Part shown: positions 38,195-52,344 of the stretch, piece by piece
Layout of the letters: every line of letters begins with the position of its first letter
How positions within the stretch are numbered: the first letter of the stretch is position 1
Origin: Eledone cirrhosa
Taxonomy: Eukaryota
Assembly (NCBI GenBank): GCA_964016885.1
Contig: OZ024763.1
Location: forward strand, 21,018,001 to 21,082,000
Direction of reading: 5' to 3'
DNA: 64,000 nucleotides
Made by a program: the position numbers and the translations under genes
Notes under the pieces: generated by a model
What the model saw: the letters and a program-made list of their open reading frames with translations, nothing else
The model's database searches: none
What the model was told of the DNA's origin: nothing

Positions 38195-38462
38195 CCTTAC
38201 GCGTGTATTCACGATCGTATTCTGAAAGAATACGATCGTGAATACAAGCGCCGGAAATGAGGTTCCTCCGAAGGGTCTTTGGATAGAGTGCATAGCTCAA
38301 AGATCAGAGAGTTGCTCCAGGTAGAGCTGCTAAATCACCGAATTGAGAGATCACAGCTCTGATATCATGGGCATGTGGTTAGAATGGCAAAACGAACCCA
38401 CAGGAAGCAATGTATCCATTGGTCTTTCCATTGCTGATACTAACTACCGGTTGCAACTCCCT
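38195..38462 (+). mobile_element. RTE (Expander-like) LINE 3' remnant
   Basis: Reads SERIRS*IQAPEMRFLRRV..DRVHSSKIRELLQVE..RIERSQL*YHGHVVRM; related piece at 37765-37848. Confidence 0.7.
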
Positions 38463-38480
38463 ACCATAAAATAATATTTC

Positions 38481-38700
38481 TTAACCCTTTAGTTACCAAC
38501 CCAGCGAAAATTGGCCCTGGTTCTATGAAATAAAATCACCCATTTTAAAGGTTTCCAATTTAAATTAAAACCTTCCAACATAATTTTCTATAAGAACCCT
38601 ACATTAAGTTACTATCTTAGTAATGAAATAATTAATAATTTTAGTAAATCCCTCAAAATTCTTCCTTAATTCATTAGAAATGCAATCATTAAAGGGTTAA
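38481..38700. mobile_element. TTAA-flanked piggyBac-like MITE, second family
   Basis: TTAACCCTTTAG ... TTAAAGGGTTAA termini; related tandem pieces at 40600-41210, 54790-55110 and 58820-59070. Confidence 0.6.
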
Positions 38701-38914
38701 AGTAGATTCAGTGAAAATATTTTGGGATTCCATACAAATGTAGAATGATGGGGATTGTCTGCGAAATATATAGATATTGGGTTCTAGGAATTTCTGAAAA
38801 TCATATAAGGGCTTCCATGAAAAAAAAAACAAAAAAAAAACAAACAACAAAAAACAACACCACCAAAACACAAAACAACTTTTGGAACAGCTACCATTAT
38901 GTTGTGTATGTATG

Positions 38915-39240
38915 TATGGTCCCCGTAACTCCTGATTGTGTCGTAGGGGTGCTGTATTGACATACAATATTTCTTGGGCATTTTAAGCCTGGCGGAGCCC
39001 ACCCCTCTCAAAGCCTGAGTACAGCAGATTTCTTCCAGAGAAAGATAGAAAGTGAGAGAGAGGAAATGAGAGAGAGATATATAGAAGAAGAATCGACCCC
39101 AGTACTACTAGACTGGTACTTTTTTTTATCAACCTCGAAATGATGAACGGTAAAATTGAACTGAGAGAGCAGATAGCTGGAACAAATGCCATAAAGTATT
39201 CTATCTGATGTTCTAACGACTCTTCCAATTCGCCGCCTTT
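38915..39240 (-). mobile_element. SINE family C (Nin-like domain, different tail)
   Basis: Shares GTACCAG..TACTGGGGTCGATT and CTCTGGAAGAAA..GGGCTCCGCCAGG with 42890-43170 and 45285-45592. Confidence 0.6.
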
Positions 39241-39409
39241 ATATGGAGGTAATAGAAATGGATAGATTTCAAATATTTAAAAGTACAAGAAAACTGCAAT
39301 CTCTTAGATTATTACCTATAAGATGTATTCATTTTTTCAACCCCAAAGTTCGTGTCACTTCATTTTCTTATACTTTCTTATATTTATTTGTGTGTGTATG
39401 TGGAGGGAG

Positions 39410-39840
39410 GGGGTGACAGATTGTGTGTGTGTGTGACTGACAAATTTTGTGTGTGTGTGTGACCTGCAGATAGTGTGTATGTGTGACACAGATTATTTGT
39501 GTGTGTGTTTGTGTGTGACTGGCAGATTGTCTGTGTGTGTGACTGAGAGATTGTGTGTGTATGTGTGACACAGATTATTTGTGTGTGTGTTTGTGTGTGA
39601 CTGGCAGATTGTCTGTGTGTGTGACTGAGAGATTGTGTGTGTATGTGTGACACAGATTATTTGTGTGTGTGTTTGTGTGTGACTGGCAGATTGTCTGTGT
39701 GTGTGACTGAGAGATTGTGTGTATATGTGACTGAGAGATAGAGTGTGCATGACTGACAGATTTTGTGTGTGTGTGTGACTGACAGATTGTATGTGTGTGT
39801 ATGTGTATGACTGACAAAGTGTGTGTGTGTGATTGACAGC
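39410..39840. repeat. GT-rich minisatellite, 82-bp unit
   Basis: GTGTGACACAGATTATTTG at 39481, 39563 and 39645. Confidence 0.85.
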
Positions 39841-42044
39841 CGGTCTTGTGGCTTCTTCATTCTGCGATAAATAGTTGAAGCTAGAAATAGCCTTCATAGG
39901 TTTACACTCCTGTCAAATGTCAGTGTGTGCATGCTTACTAAATACATTCAATTACTTAATAGCACTTATACATCTCCTGTTAGTGTTCTCTTGTATATAT
40001 TAGAGTCAGCTGAGAAGTTTAGAGGCCAAGATACTCTCATGGCATGACCAAATGAGGTTTATTATTTTTCAACATAGCACTCCCCCCCCCCCTCCCACTT
40101 CCTTGGAAAGAAACAATGCAGTTATTAATAAGAAGAGTTGAAATTAATGCATGCAAGATTTCGCAGCTCTAGGAATTTCACAGGCTGACTAAGATACTCT
40201 CATGGAATGACCAAATGAGGTTTATTTTTCAACAGCCCCCTGGAAAGAAAAATGCAGTTATTGATAAGAAGAGTTGAAATTAATGCACGCAAGATTTCAC
40301 AGCTCTAGCATCACTCCTTCATAGTCAGCAAAGTACATAGCCTGACTAACTACTCTCGACCAAATGATGTTTATTATTTTTCAACATAGTCTCTGGAAAG
40401 AAACAATGCAGTTATTAATAGGAAGTATTGAAATTAATGCATGCAAGATTTCACATGTACCAGTTAAATATTGGGATCAATATAATTAATTTTCTCCTTT
40501 CTGCTAAATTACTTGTCCTATTGTTAGAAAGAATTACGAAGTGGCATGGGTTAGATTCCTGGACTGGGTTGTGTGCTGTGCTTTTGAGCAAAACAGGGTC
40601 AGATTCAGGCAGTTTGGAACGTAACTTTTTTTTTTTTTCTATAGATAAATATAAACACTTTAAATCAAATAGAACCAGAGTCAGTTTCAGGCAGTTTGGA
40701 ACAAAACTCAACAACAGTTGTTACACAAAATTATGATAGGTTTTCAGATAAATATAAGCACTTTAAAATATACAGTTTTGTATTGTAAAACCATGGGTAG
40801 TTTTAAGTGGTTTAGTATCAAAAGGGTTAAGCTAGTGTTTGGACCACAATAAAGGCTCTTATTTAAAGTTGTGGTGGAAGGTTTTTAGATAAATATAAAT
40901 ACTTTAAAACAAACAATTTTGTATTATAGAATCGGATCAGTTTCAGGCAGTTTGGAACACAACTTAAGAAAGGTACTTACATAAAATATGATAGAAGGTT
41001 TTTAGATAAATATATACACTTTAAAACAAACAGTATTATATGATAGAAACAGCAGCAGTTTCAGGCAGTTTGGAACCTAACTTAACAAAGGTACTTACAT
41101 AAAATTATGATGGCAGGTTTTTACTTAAATATAAATACTTTAAAACAAACAGTTTTGTATTGTAGAACCAGGGGCAGTTCCAGGCAGTTTGGAATCAAAA
41201 AGGTTAAGAGATGTTTAACATCTATATTTATTTGTAATGAAACAGTTTTATTTAAGATGACCTTAATAAACTTATTTCTGCTTTTATATATTTTCTAAGT
41301 TAAAGATTTCTAGCTGACCAATATATAAACAAATATAAATATATAAATATATTAATCTCAAAACAATGTGTGAAAGAATTAATATAAACAAAAAAGTATT
41401 CCATTAAAATCTACTCACTGGTAAAGCCAGATATATTATGGCTCTTTAGTATTGTGTATTGGTCATGTATAAAAAAGGGTGATCGATTAAAGCAATACAT
41501 TTTCTGTTTAGTATATTAGTATACTAGTAGTATATTGTAGGAACCAGATGAAATGAAGTTATAAACTGTTATATTTGTCTTGTTGAGTCGTAAATCAAGG
41601 CATTTTATTAACCTGAATTATAAATTAACTGGAGACAGTTAGTGGTCTGTGGAAAATACATACAAATATATAAACAGTTTCCAAGACCACTTGGTAACAA
41701 ATAACAACAACAATAATAAATAAGTAAAAAGATAATAATAATAATAATAATAATAATAATGGCTTCATTTATTGGCCACAAAGGCCAACAATAATAAATA
41801 AGTAAAATAAAATAGAAAAATAAAAGATATATAAAAAAAAAATCAATGTGATTTAGAAACAAGTAGAATTGAATGTTAGAGAGAATATTTACACTGCTTC
41901 CAGCATCACACTATCCCACCTCACACTGCTTAACACATGCAGACACATGTAGACCTGCATATATATATATATATATATATCGCAGAAAAAAAGAGAATCA
42001 GTGTTGCGACGCTTTAAGCATCCAAGACCAATTATATATATATA

Positions 42045-42440
42045 TCATCATCATCATCACCGTTTTACGTCCGTTCTTCCATGCTAGCATGGGTTAGACG
42101 GGTTGTCCTGTTGAGGGCAATGTCCGGTCGGCTGACCATGCCTTGGTCATACGGGAACTGATTCTGGCTTGATTTCTACAGCTGGATGCCCTTCCTAACA
42201 CCAACCTCATTTACAGTGAGTGCTGGGTGCTTTTTTGCTGTGGCACCTCCACGACCACTCTACAGTGGAATGATAGGGACTGGGGTCCCTATCATCTCAT
42301 TTCTACAGCTGAGTAAACTGGAGCAATGTGAAATAAAGTGTCTTGCTCAAGGAAACAACACATCACCCGGTCTGAGAATTGAACTCACAACCTTTCGATT
42401 GCAAGGCCAATGCTCTAACCACTAAGCCATGTGGCTCCAC
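42045..42440 (-). mobile_element. SINE family A with the long RTE tail
   Basis: tRNA head at ~42440; tail nearly identical to LINE 3' UTR 8147-8340. Confidence 0.9.
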
Positions 42441-43316
42441 ATGTATATATATATAATATATATATATGTATATGTATATGTATAGAGAGAGAGTGAGTGA
42501 GTGAGTGAGTGATGTAGAGGAAGTGAGAAAGAGATATAGAGGAAGAATTGACCCCAGTATTGGACTGGTACATTATTTTATTGATGTATATATATATATG
42601 TATATAATATATAGCAGCATGGACATAATGAAGTGTGAGGGGCTGAAGAAAGTGTTAAGGTGGTATAAGGGATTGAAGGAAGGTGTGATGAGGTGTATGG
42701 GATTGGAGGGAGTGTTGAGATGCTGTAAGGGATTGAAGGTAGGGGGTGATGAGGAGGTGTAAGGGACTGAAGATAGGGGGCAGTAAGGAGGTGTAATAGG
42801 CATTGATTCAGTGTGTGTAAGAGATATATTCTAATGCAATAACATTAGCATGTGTTTCGTAGACATGTAGAGACAGTGCGTGCTAATATACAGTGTGTCT
42901 CGGACAGGTTTTAAGACCTGGTGGAGCCCATCTCCTCTTTCCAAGTCTGAACACAGCCAATTTCTTCCTGAGAAAGAGAGAGAGAGAGAGTGAGTGAGTG
43001 ATGGAGAGGAAGTGAGAAAGAGATATAGAGGAAGAATTGACCCCAGTATCGGACTGGTACATTATTTTATTGATTTCAAAAGGATGAACTGCAAAGTTAG
43101 CCTTGGCAGGATTAGAACCCAGGAATCGTAGAGAGCTGGATGTTCCAAAGAGTCTGCCAATTCGTCACCTCCAATGTATGTATGTGTGTGTGTATATATA
43201 TATCATCATCATCATCACCATTTTATGTCCATTCTTTCATGCTAGCATGGGTTAGAGAGGTTGTCCTGGAGGTGTTATATAGGAGATTTATTGCTCAATC
43301 CTGGTTACAAATGTCT

Positions 43317-43374
<58 letters not shown>

Positions 43375-43384
43375 GTGTGCGTAT

Positions 43385-43623
43385 CATCATCATCATCATC
43401 ATCATCATCGTTTAATGTCCATGTTCCACGCTTGCATGGGTTTGGACGGGATTTTTCCCACTTGAGGCAAGAGTGGTTGTCTTGCTCGCATAGGACTGTC
43501 TGGCGGGTTTTCTACAGCTGGATGCCCTTCCTAACACCAACCACATTTACAGTGTGGGACTGGGAGGTTTTTACTGTGTTGCCTACACGGCCACATTACA
43601 GCGTGGACTGTGTGTTTTTTGTC
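43385..43623 (-). mobile_element. Short 3'-end copy of the second RTE subfamily
   Basis: Matches 5993-6230; another copy at 61995-62158. Confidence 0.85.
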
Positions 43624-44704
43624 ATATATATATATATATATATATATATAAAGAGAGAGATAATTATTTACATTTTGGCTATAATTCTAAGCTGCTACTA
43701 GTAACACTTTCATGCAGTTATGATTTTTTAAAAGAAAGAAAAAAAAAAAAAATAATAATTTCGATATTTTAGCACATTCAGATTTAATATAACAGTTTCT
43801 TAAAAAGCTTAAAGGCTTATATATATAACCCACCCACCAAAACAACAACAACAGCAACAACCAAAAAACAAACAGTAAACCTCTCTAAAAAAGCAAACAG
43901 AAAACCTCCCTAAAAAAGAAACAAAACCTCCCTAAAAAACATTTGGAAAATGATAAATGTGTAAACATGTCTATGTGTCAAAGGTCATCCATGTTTAAAG
44001 TTCTTCCAAGATAAGTGATCCACTGAGAAAACCTCCTAATGTAAACCAAGTAGAAAAGATTGATTTTTGAGAGGAGAAATCACAAGCTGCAATTTTCTGG
44101 CGAACTTCTCTTCTTCAGTAGCCAGAAGTCTTTCTGCAACAGTGAAGAAATTTGAATTTTCCATGATATGAACCTGTTACGTCTTTTGAAATGAGACTTA
44201 ATAATCGATAGCTCCTATTTTATGGCAAAGCAATAAAACAAGAGTAAATTAAGAACGAGGCAAAAACTGATGTTGCTTCAGCATTTGTTGCAATATTTAT
44301 GCACACAGTTCAAATACTTGAGATAATATTAGTTACTGTGCTCATTGACTGTATTTTTAACTTAAGATTTTGCTGAATAAAATTTATTTTCCACTGGCGA
44401 CATGATAGGCAGCTGAATAGTCGAGGTGTTGTTTACTACTGACCCAGAGGTCACTGGTTCAATCTTTGCCAAGGGTATTAAATTACATCTTTAAACATGA
44501 CACATTACGCTGGTTGGGTTACTTTATTTATCTTAACTGATAAATTTACTATAGCTGCCAATTGATGGTTGAATGATTGGTGTAATGTACTTGTCCCCAC
44601 CTCCACCTTTACAAAATTTAGTGCAGTTCTCTAAATTTGTGCAACCACCCAACCCATTAAAAAAAAGTAACATGGAAAAAAACACACAAAAAACCACACA
44701 CACA

Positions 44705-44766
<62 letters not shown>

Positions 44767-46277
44767 TGAACATCAGCAACCCATTCCACTCATTATTTCC
44801 TCTATATTGGATCGAAGATAAACACTTTCCTCTTTGGCCAAGTCCTTATCGACTTTATCAAGTTCTATTTAGAGAGGAAGGTGACGGCAGAGAGGGGAAG
44901 TGCTCCCTTCAAAATTGCTAAACTTCTGACTGTGTTAGAAATAATTATATATGGATAAAACATATTTATCACTTTAGTTATTCTTTGAGGACTAATCTGT
45001 TAATAGTTGTCTACACGAAGGTCGTTTAGCAGAAAATCTTTACTGTAAGGTCTTAGTTTACTTTATAGGTTGTTTTTGTTAAACAAAATTAATTGTTATA
45101 AAGGATTTTATTGATACTTCTCATCTAAAACACTTCATAGTCCCTTATCTATAAAAATTTCTCTTTACCACTAGGCCAAGTGCCTTCACTAAATATCTTT
45201 AGTAAGATAGTAATTCAATCTATTTAAAGTAACTCTGAAATAAACTGGAAGTAATTTGGAAATAAAATCTAGAATGTATGATATGTATGGACCTGTAACT
45301 CCTGAGGGAATTGCAAGGGGCCACATTGACATGGTGTTTTTAGGGCATTTTAAAACCTGGTGGAGCCCAATCCTCTCCAGATTTGAATATAACAGGTTTC
45401 TTCCAGAGAAGAATAGAAAGACTGAGAGAATAGAATGGAAGTGAGAAAGAGATATCGATCCCAGCACTTGATTGGTACTTTTTTTTTTATCGACCTCGAA
45501 TGGATGAGAGACAAAGTTGACCTCAGAGAGCTGAAACAAACACCACAAATCACTCTATCTGACATTCTAACAACTGCCAATTCACTGCCTTTATGTATTT
45601 AATATTTATTGTAAATTAGGTACAGCATGGCCAACTCTGGTCAGACTTGTCTCCCAATGTGAACGACCCGTCTAACCCATGCAAACATGGAAAAATGGAT
45701 GTTAAATGATGATGATGATGATTAAAAGAAGAAAAAACGAAAGCTGTTTTTTTTTCTTTCTTGCAAGAAGTAGAATAGTTTCTATTTAAATACATGTACG
45801 CTACTTTAGTTTGACAGAAATCTTTGGTTTTAGACATGGAAATTATCTCTTGACTTCTTTCTAGTAGTGCAGCTGTATTGGTTTTCAATATGATTGAGAC
45901 TATCTTATGTTAGCAGCTAGTCTATCATCATCATCATATTTGTTGTCCTTGTCATCATCGTCGTCATCACCACCACCACCACCACCATTATCATCATCAT
46001 CATCATCATCATCGTTTAAAATCTAGGTAAAGAATAATCTGATTCTGCTATAACTGAGGCTCACAAGTTCTGTTACCTGCACCCCACTAACACACATATA
46101 CTTACCCCCTATTTCTATCCTCACAGCTTGGCTAAGGATACCCTGGCGTCCTAGTGTTGAAATGTGGTAGTACTGGTTCCACAATCTAAACTATAATAAA
46201 GTAAGGAGTGCAGGACTGCGTCCAGAATATATTTTTTTTATCCCGTTAGTAAAATAAGTTGGATTAGTTTGAATAAA

Positions 46278-46465
46278 TAATTGTTTCTACTTTAGGCACA
46301 AGGCCAGCAATTACCCAGTGCATTACTGGTACTTTGTTTTATCGACCCCATAAGGATGAAAGGCAAAGTCAACCTCGGCGGGATTTGAACTCAGATCGTA
46401 AAGGGACGTAACTATGCTGGAAAGCATGGCGTCCGACCCTCTACCGATACTGCCAATCCGCGCCC
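46278..46465 (-). mobile_element. SINE family B with target-site duplication
   Basis: Full copy flanked by TTAGTTTGAATAAATAAT on both sides (~46264 and ~46466). Confidence 0.9.
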
Positions 46466-47599
46466 TTAGTTTGAATAAATAATGAATGAATATTACATAA
46501 TTTATCTACTAGATTTCGTTATTCTTGATTAAATATAAATAATTTTGTTGCTTATTTTAAGATTCACTTCTTTAAAATTTTCAAATGTCAACACTTCCAG
46601 TTAGCGATCGCTTAAATAAACATTCATATATTTCCTTCACTAATTTTCCCCTAATGCAGTTTATATATAATATCGTCTTTTTTTTAATGTATCATGGATT
46701 ACGTTACTGATGACATAAGACAGTGTAACACAGTCTTCGTTCAATTTCTGTGTATATTGTCAATTACGATTTTATTTCATGTATCATATCTACATGCATA
46801 TATACTTGCGTATAATATCAATATACACACTAGACATGCTAGCAGAAAACCACCCGAAGAGTGGTTTTCTGCTAGTAAAATATAATGATGATCATCATCA
46901 TCATTTAGCGTCCAATTTTTCCATGCTTGCATGGGTCAGACAGGTCGTCCACGTTGGGAGACACGTCTGGCCAGAGTTGGCCACGTCGTACCGTGCTCCA
47001 ACGAGGACTGTAAATTTAGCCAGGTATTCTACAGCTGGATGATGATAATGATGATGATGATGATGGAGGAGAATTTGCTGCTGCTGATTATGATGAATTC
47101 AATGATGATGATGATGATAATAAATTTGATGATGATGATGATGATGAAGAATTTGCTGCTGATGATGATGGTAATGTTGATGATGATAAATTTGATGATG
47201 AGGATGATGAAGAAGAATTTGCTGCTGCTGATGAGGATGATGATGAGGAGGAGGAGGAAGAGGAGTACTAACTTCTGTTTCAGTGATGTATCTAGTAGTA
47301 TGCTGATAGAAAATAGGAAAAAAAAAATATCAATATTAAAAATTTTCTAAGACTTTTGTTGACATGTTCTCATCTATTGCTTGTGGCTAGTAACTTAAAA
47401 CATGTTGAAATGTTGCCATGCTTGCAGACTGTCTTACAATTATACAAAATTGAGATATGACTACATTTATTGAAGTTACATACTAACAGGATTTAGAATT
47501 TTATTGGAATTGGTTCAGTTTTATCATGTACCAGTAACAGCCATTTATTTCACCTTGGAAAACTGGAAAGCTATATTTTATCTCTATGTATTTGAATTC

Positions 47600-48235
47600 C
47601 CACACTGTAAAGTAGTAGTGCTGGTGCCTCAGTAAATTGCACCTGGTCCACTCTGCAAAGTGGTAGTGATGGTGCCACAATAAATTGCATCTTGTCCACT
47701 CTGTAAAGTAGTAGAGCTGGTGCCACAATAAATTGTACCTGGTCCACTCTGTCAAGTGATAGTTCTGATGCCATAATAAAATGCATTTCAACCACATTGT
47801 AATCTGGTAGCGCTGGTACCATGAAGAAAAGCACCCAGTCCACTCTGTTAAGTGGTAGTGCTGGTGCCACAATAAATTACACCTGGTCTACTCTGTATAG
47901 TGGTAGTGCTGGTGCCACAGTAAATTGCACCTGGTCCAATCTGTAAAGTGGTAGCGCTGGTGCCACAGTAAATTGCACCTGGTCCACTCTGTCAAGTGGT
48001 AGTGCTGGTGCCACAATAAATTACACCTGGTCTACTCTGTAAAGTGGTAGTGCTGGTGCCACAGTAAATTGCACCTTCTCCACTCTGTAAAGTGGTAGTG
48101 CTGGTGCCACAGTAAATTGCACCTGCTCCACTCTGTAAAGTGGTAGTACTGATGCTACAATAAAATGTACTCAGTTCACTCTATTATATAAAAGTGCTGA
48201 GGCCACAATGAAATGCATCCAGTACATTCTATAAT
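47600..48235. repeat. 48-bp minisatellite, ~13 copies
   Basis: CCACTCTGTAAAGTGGTAGTGCTGGTGCCACAATAAATTGCACCTGGT; a diverged array lies at 55740-56215. Confidence 0.9.
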
Positions 48236-48924
48236 GTAGTCCATTCTGTCAAGTGTTTTGATAATGATAGACATAATAGCATTCACACCTATTTACATAT
48301 TTGATGACATAGCAATAGCTCTCTTTCTATTGTGTTTATTTGTACTTGTTACTTAGTTGAACTGTAATACATAGATCATTGAATATGTTTCCACATTATT
48401 GGAGGGGCTTAAGCCTCAAAAGCCCCTTAGCATGGGAAGGCTTGCAGAGGAGGTTGGTATGGAAAGGGGTTATGTCTCTAACAAGAAATGAAGACTATAT
48501 ATTTGGGGAATAAGTTTAATAGGGATTATATTTAACGGGACTAAGTTCAATAGGGATCAAAGTTTAATAGCTGAAATGAATGTCTCTAAAACTGAATATC
48601 TGAATTGCTTGATAGTTCTGACTCTAACTCTCATCAAAGAGGGTGCGATGATGACAGTATGGTTAGACCTTCCGGGTAGAAGTTTAAACCTTGTTATAAA
48701 CGGAAAAAACATTAAATATATTTTAAAAGAAACAGTGGGGGGGGGGGGGGGGGGAGGTAGAATTTGAAATAATTTATATTTGTTAACATATTATTTTTTC
48801 CTTTATACGATTGAAATTGCCTTTTCCTAATATTATCCTGTAAAAATCTTGAAGGAGAAATTTCTTCACAGTATCTTATGAGTATTGAAATGTTGAAGTT
48901 TTTTTTATTATGAAAAATGTATTC

Positions 48925-49257
48925 ATCATCATTTTACTTCCGCTTTTCCCTGCATGCAAGGGTGGGACGGGAACTGATTCTGGCTTGATTTCTACAGCTG
49001 GATGCCCTTCCTAACACCAACCTCATTTACAGTGAGTACTGGGTGCTTTTTTTTGCCGTGGCACCTCCACGACCACTTTGCAGTGAAATGATATGGATCC
49101 CAGTCCCTATCATCTCATATCTACAGCTGAGTAAACTGGAGCAATGTGAAATAAAGTGTCTTGCTCAAGGAAACAACACATCACCCGGTCTGAGAATTGA
49201 ACTCACAACCTTTTGATTGCAAGGCCAATGCTCTAACCACTAAGCCATGTGCCTCCA
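48925..49257 (-). mobile_element. SINE family A
   Basis: Reverse complement of 688-1032. Confidence 0.9.
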
Positions 49258-50043
49258 TGTATGAGTATATTGTACATATAAAAAAACTACTACTACAGAT
49301 TGAGTGTGATTTTGTAGTGTGCATCTCAAAGGCCAACTCCTTGTTAAGTGGAAACACTCAACATATTCAACTGATTTTCAACCACCTTATATATTGATTT
49401 ATATACTTTCTTAATACATAATAAATAAATTTGAGCAACTTCCATCTGTTCATCCGTCCGTCACACAATGTGTGTATGTATGTGTGTGTGATTGTGTGAA
49501 TATATGTGTGTGTAGAAGAAAGGGGATGGTGAAAAAAACTATAGCAAAACAACGACTGGCGTTCCATTTTCTACGCTGTGTGTGAGTGTATGTGTGTTTG
49601 TGTAAATGTATGAGTCTGTGTGCTTGTGTGAATGTATGTGTGTGTTTGTGTGAATGTATGTGTGTTTGTGTGAATGTATGTGTTTTGTGTGAATGTATGT
49701 GTATGTATGTTTTTGTGAATATATGACTGCGAGCGTGTATTTTTGTAAGTGTGTCTGTTTGCGAGTTTATATTTATATACTCATACATATGTGTGCATAT
49801 GCACATACACACATGCTCACATATATATACATACGCGTCAGCATGTTGAAAAAATCATAGTCCTTACTTAATTCAGTATACCTACACTACTCCATAGTTT
49901 AATAAATATTACCATCTCTATATTACACACCACCACATAATACCATACATCTGCTATATTGCCCACACACATACACCGAATTTGCCATTTAGAATTTACA
50001 TCTTTGAGTTATTTCCTTTTGTTATACTATGTTTCCTATAGAA

Positions 50044-50303
50044 GCATTTGACATGCTTTATTTTTAACGGCATTTGACATGCTTTATTTTTAACGGCATT
50101 TGACATGCTTTATTTTTAACGGCATTTGACATGCTTTATTTTTAACGGCATTTGACATGCTTTATTTTTAACGGCATTTGACATGCTTTATTTTTAACGG
50201 CATTTGACATGCTTTATTTTTAACGGCATTTGACATGCTTTATTTTTAACGGCATTTGACATGCTTTATTTTTAACGGCATTTGACATGCTTTATTTTTA
50301 ACG
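50044..50303. repeat. Perfect 26-bp tandem repeat x10
   Basis: GCATTTGACATGCTTTATTTTTAACG repeated with no spacers or variants. Confidence 0.95.
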
Positions 50304-52344
50304 GTATCTTCAAACTTGTCGAAGCGCCTGAAGATTAGGTCATAAATTTGAACAGTCTTACAATCTGGGGATATGGTCAAAATTGAATCTTGACACCTTA
50401 GTGCTTTTGTTCCATATATAAACGTATATATATATATATACCCCCTTTGTTCACAAACATAAACATCTAACTTTGTAACACCGAGATATGAATTTCGATG
50501 TTAGAATCGTACTCATACCCATTCAGGGTTCCTAATTGAACCCTTTATTTTCTTGTGAGCCTCTGAGGAGGCCAACTTGGGTGTAACATGTGTAAGAGTT
50601 CCTTATAAATATATTTTAATGGCTTGCTTCTCTTTCATCTATTTCTTCGATTATATATATATATTGTCCAGTGTAAAGTGTTTGGAATTAAAAAGGGTAT
50701 CCAACCGAAGAAACCATGCCAAAACTGGAACATATATAAGCAAATTTTGCCTCCTCCTTTCCCTCTCCCTAGTCAGTCTAGGAGGTCAGTACTGATATGG
50801 TCTATAATGGTCGTGGTCACCCTAGGAGGTCAGTAGCTCTGATTAAATACTGATATGGTTTATAATGGTCATGGCCACCCTAGGAGGTCAGGATCTCTGA
50901 TTAAGTACTGACTGTGGTTGTCTAGGAGGGTTGGAATTCTAATTAAGTACTGACACGGTCTGTAATGATCCATCTGACCTCATATTAGGATGAACAAATA
51001 TAGCAGGTTTGTATCATGGAACCAGGGGCAGTTCCAGGTGATTAATGTCAAAAGTGTTAAAATATAAATCAGAGATATTATTTCACAATGAATTTAGTCT
51101 AGAACTTTTAACATCTTTTGTGCAATGAACTGGATTACATTCATATATCCATTTTTAGTTTTATAATTAAAAATTAAATTTGTTCATGTAATAAATTATG
51201 TTACTTATTATTTTGTTTTTGTAATTTCCGTTTAATTTCTAAATTTCTTCTTTTTTGGGGGGTCTTTTCTTTTTTACTTGTCTTTTTTCCCCCACTTTCT
51301 AAACTTATAAGTATAAGATACTCAACTCTGAATTTAATTACACACTTTTTTAGTAGACATTTTGTGTGTAACCCCTCCTTTATTAGACTTCTCTTCAGTA
51401 TCAACTAGTCTGTATGATTATATTTACAGTTTCTCAATTGTTTACCCAATTCAATTTCACTATTAGATTTGCTATGATTCTTACCAGCTAAACATTTTAA
51501 TTTGTTTTCATAAACAAATTTCGAATTGCACTCTGCAGTTGAACTGCTTGAAGTTTTAAGCAATTTAATTGATATGAGTGTAAAGTTTAGACAGTTTACA
51601 CTTCACTAACAAATATGGCTGCTTATTATTATTTATGTAAATAAATGTAATTTCTAAAAGTTTACAGCAATTGCAAACCATGCTATTGCATTAACACATT
51701 CTTTTCCAAATAAATTCAATCCATTGTTATAATATTAATTTCCATTATAGTAAGCTAACTGTTTTCATTCTTAAGGGGTTGATAAAGTAAAGTACCAGTA
51801 ATGCACTGGGGTTGATTTAATTGACTTTTCCCTCCCCCCAAAATTGTTACCCTTGTGCCGAAATCAGAAACCATTATAATAAATCTACTACTTTCCTCCT
51901 TACGAGGTCGACAAAGTTAAGTACAATCTGTTTGCTTTTTACATGAAAATGTGTTCGTCAATGCAGTGTGTAAAGCAGTTTCGCGTAATTCAAATATTTT
52001 CTGATAAATAAAAAAATTAAAAACTGCATGCGATATTTGTGCAAAGTGAATATTTAATAATATTTTTTCAAGAGGCATTAAAGTGAATTTGTGTACTTCA
52101 AGTTTGCGTAAAAAGTAAACAGACTGTACCTGTAATGCACTGGGGTTGATTTAATCGACTTTTCCCTCCCACAAAATCATTGCCTGTGTGTCAAAATAAC
52201 AAACCATTATAGTAAGCTAACTGATTTCATCCTCATGGGGTTCGATATAATAAGGTACTAGTAACACACTGGGATTGATTTAATTGACTTGCCCCTCCCC
52301 CAAAAATTGTTGGTCTTGTGCTTAAATCAGAAACCAATATGGTA

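Noticed and set aside
44030-44175. Minus-strand peptide MENSNFFTVAERLLATEEEKFARKLQL...
   Set aside because: Short, ends in a stop with no clear donor site and no recognisable homology; cannot support a host exon.
46931-47350. 139-aa Met-rich ORF
   Set aside because: Expanded (ATG)n/(CTG)n simple repeat following a SINE/LINE tail.
50044-50303. CRISPR-like array (also the 80-, 48- and 43-bp arrays)
   Set aside because: Contiguous tandem units without unique spacers, eukaryotic context, no cas genes.
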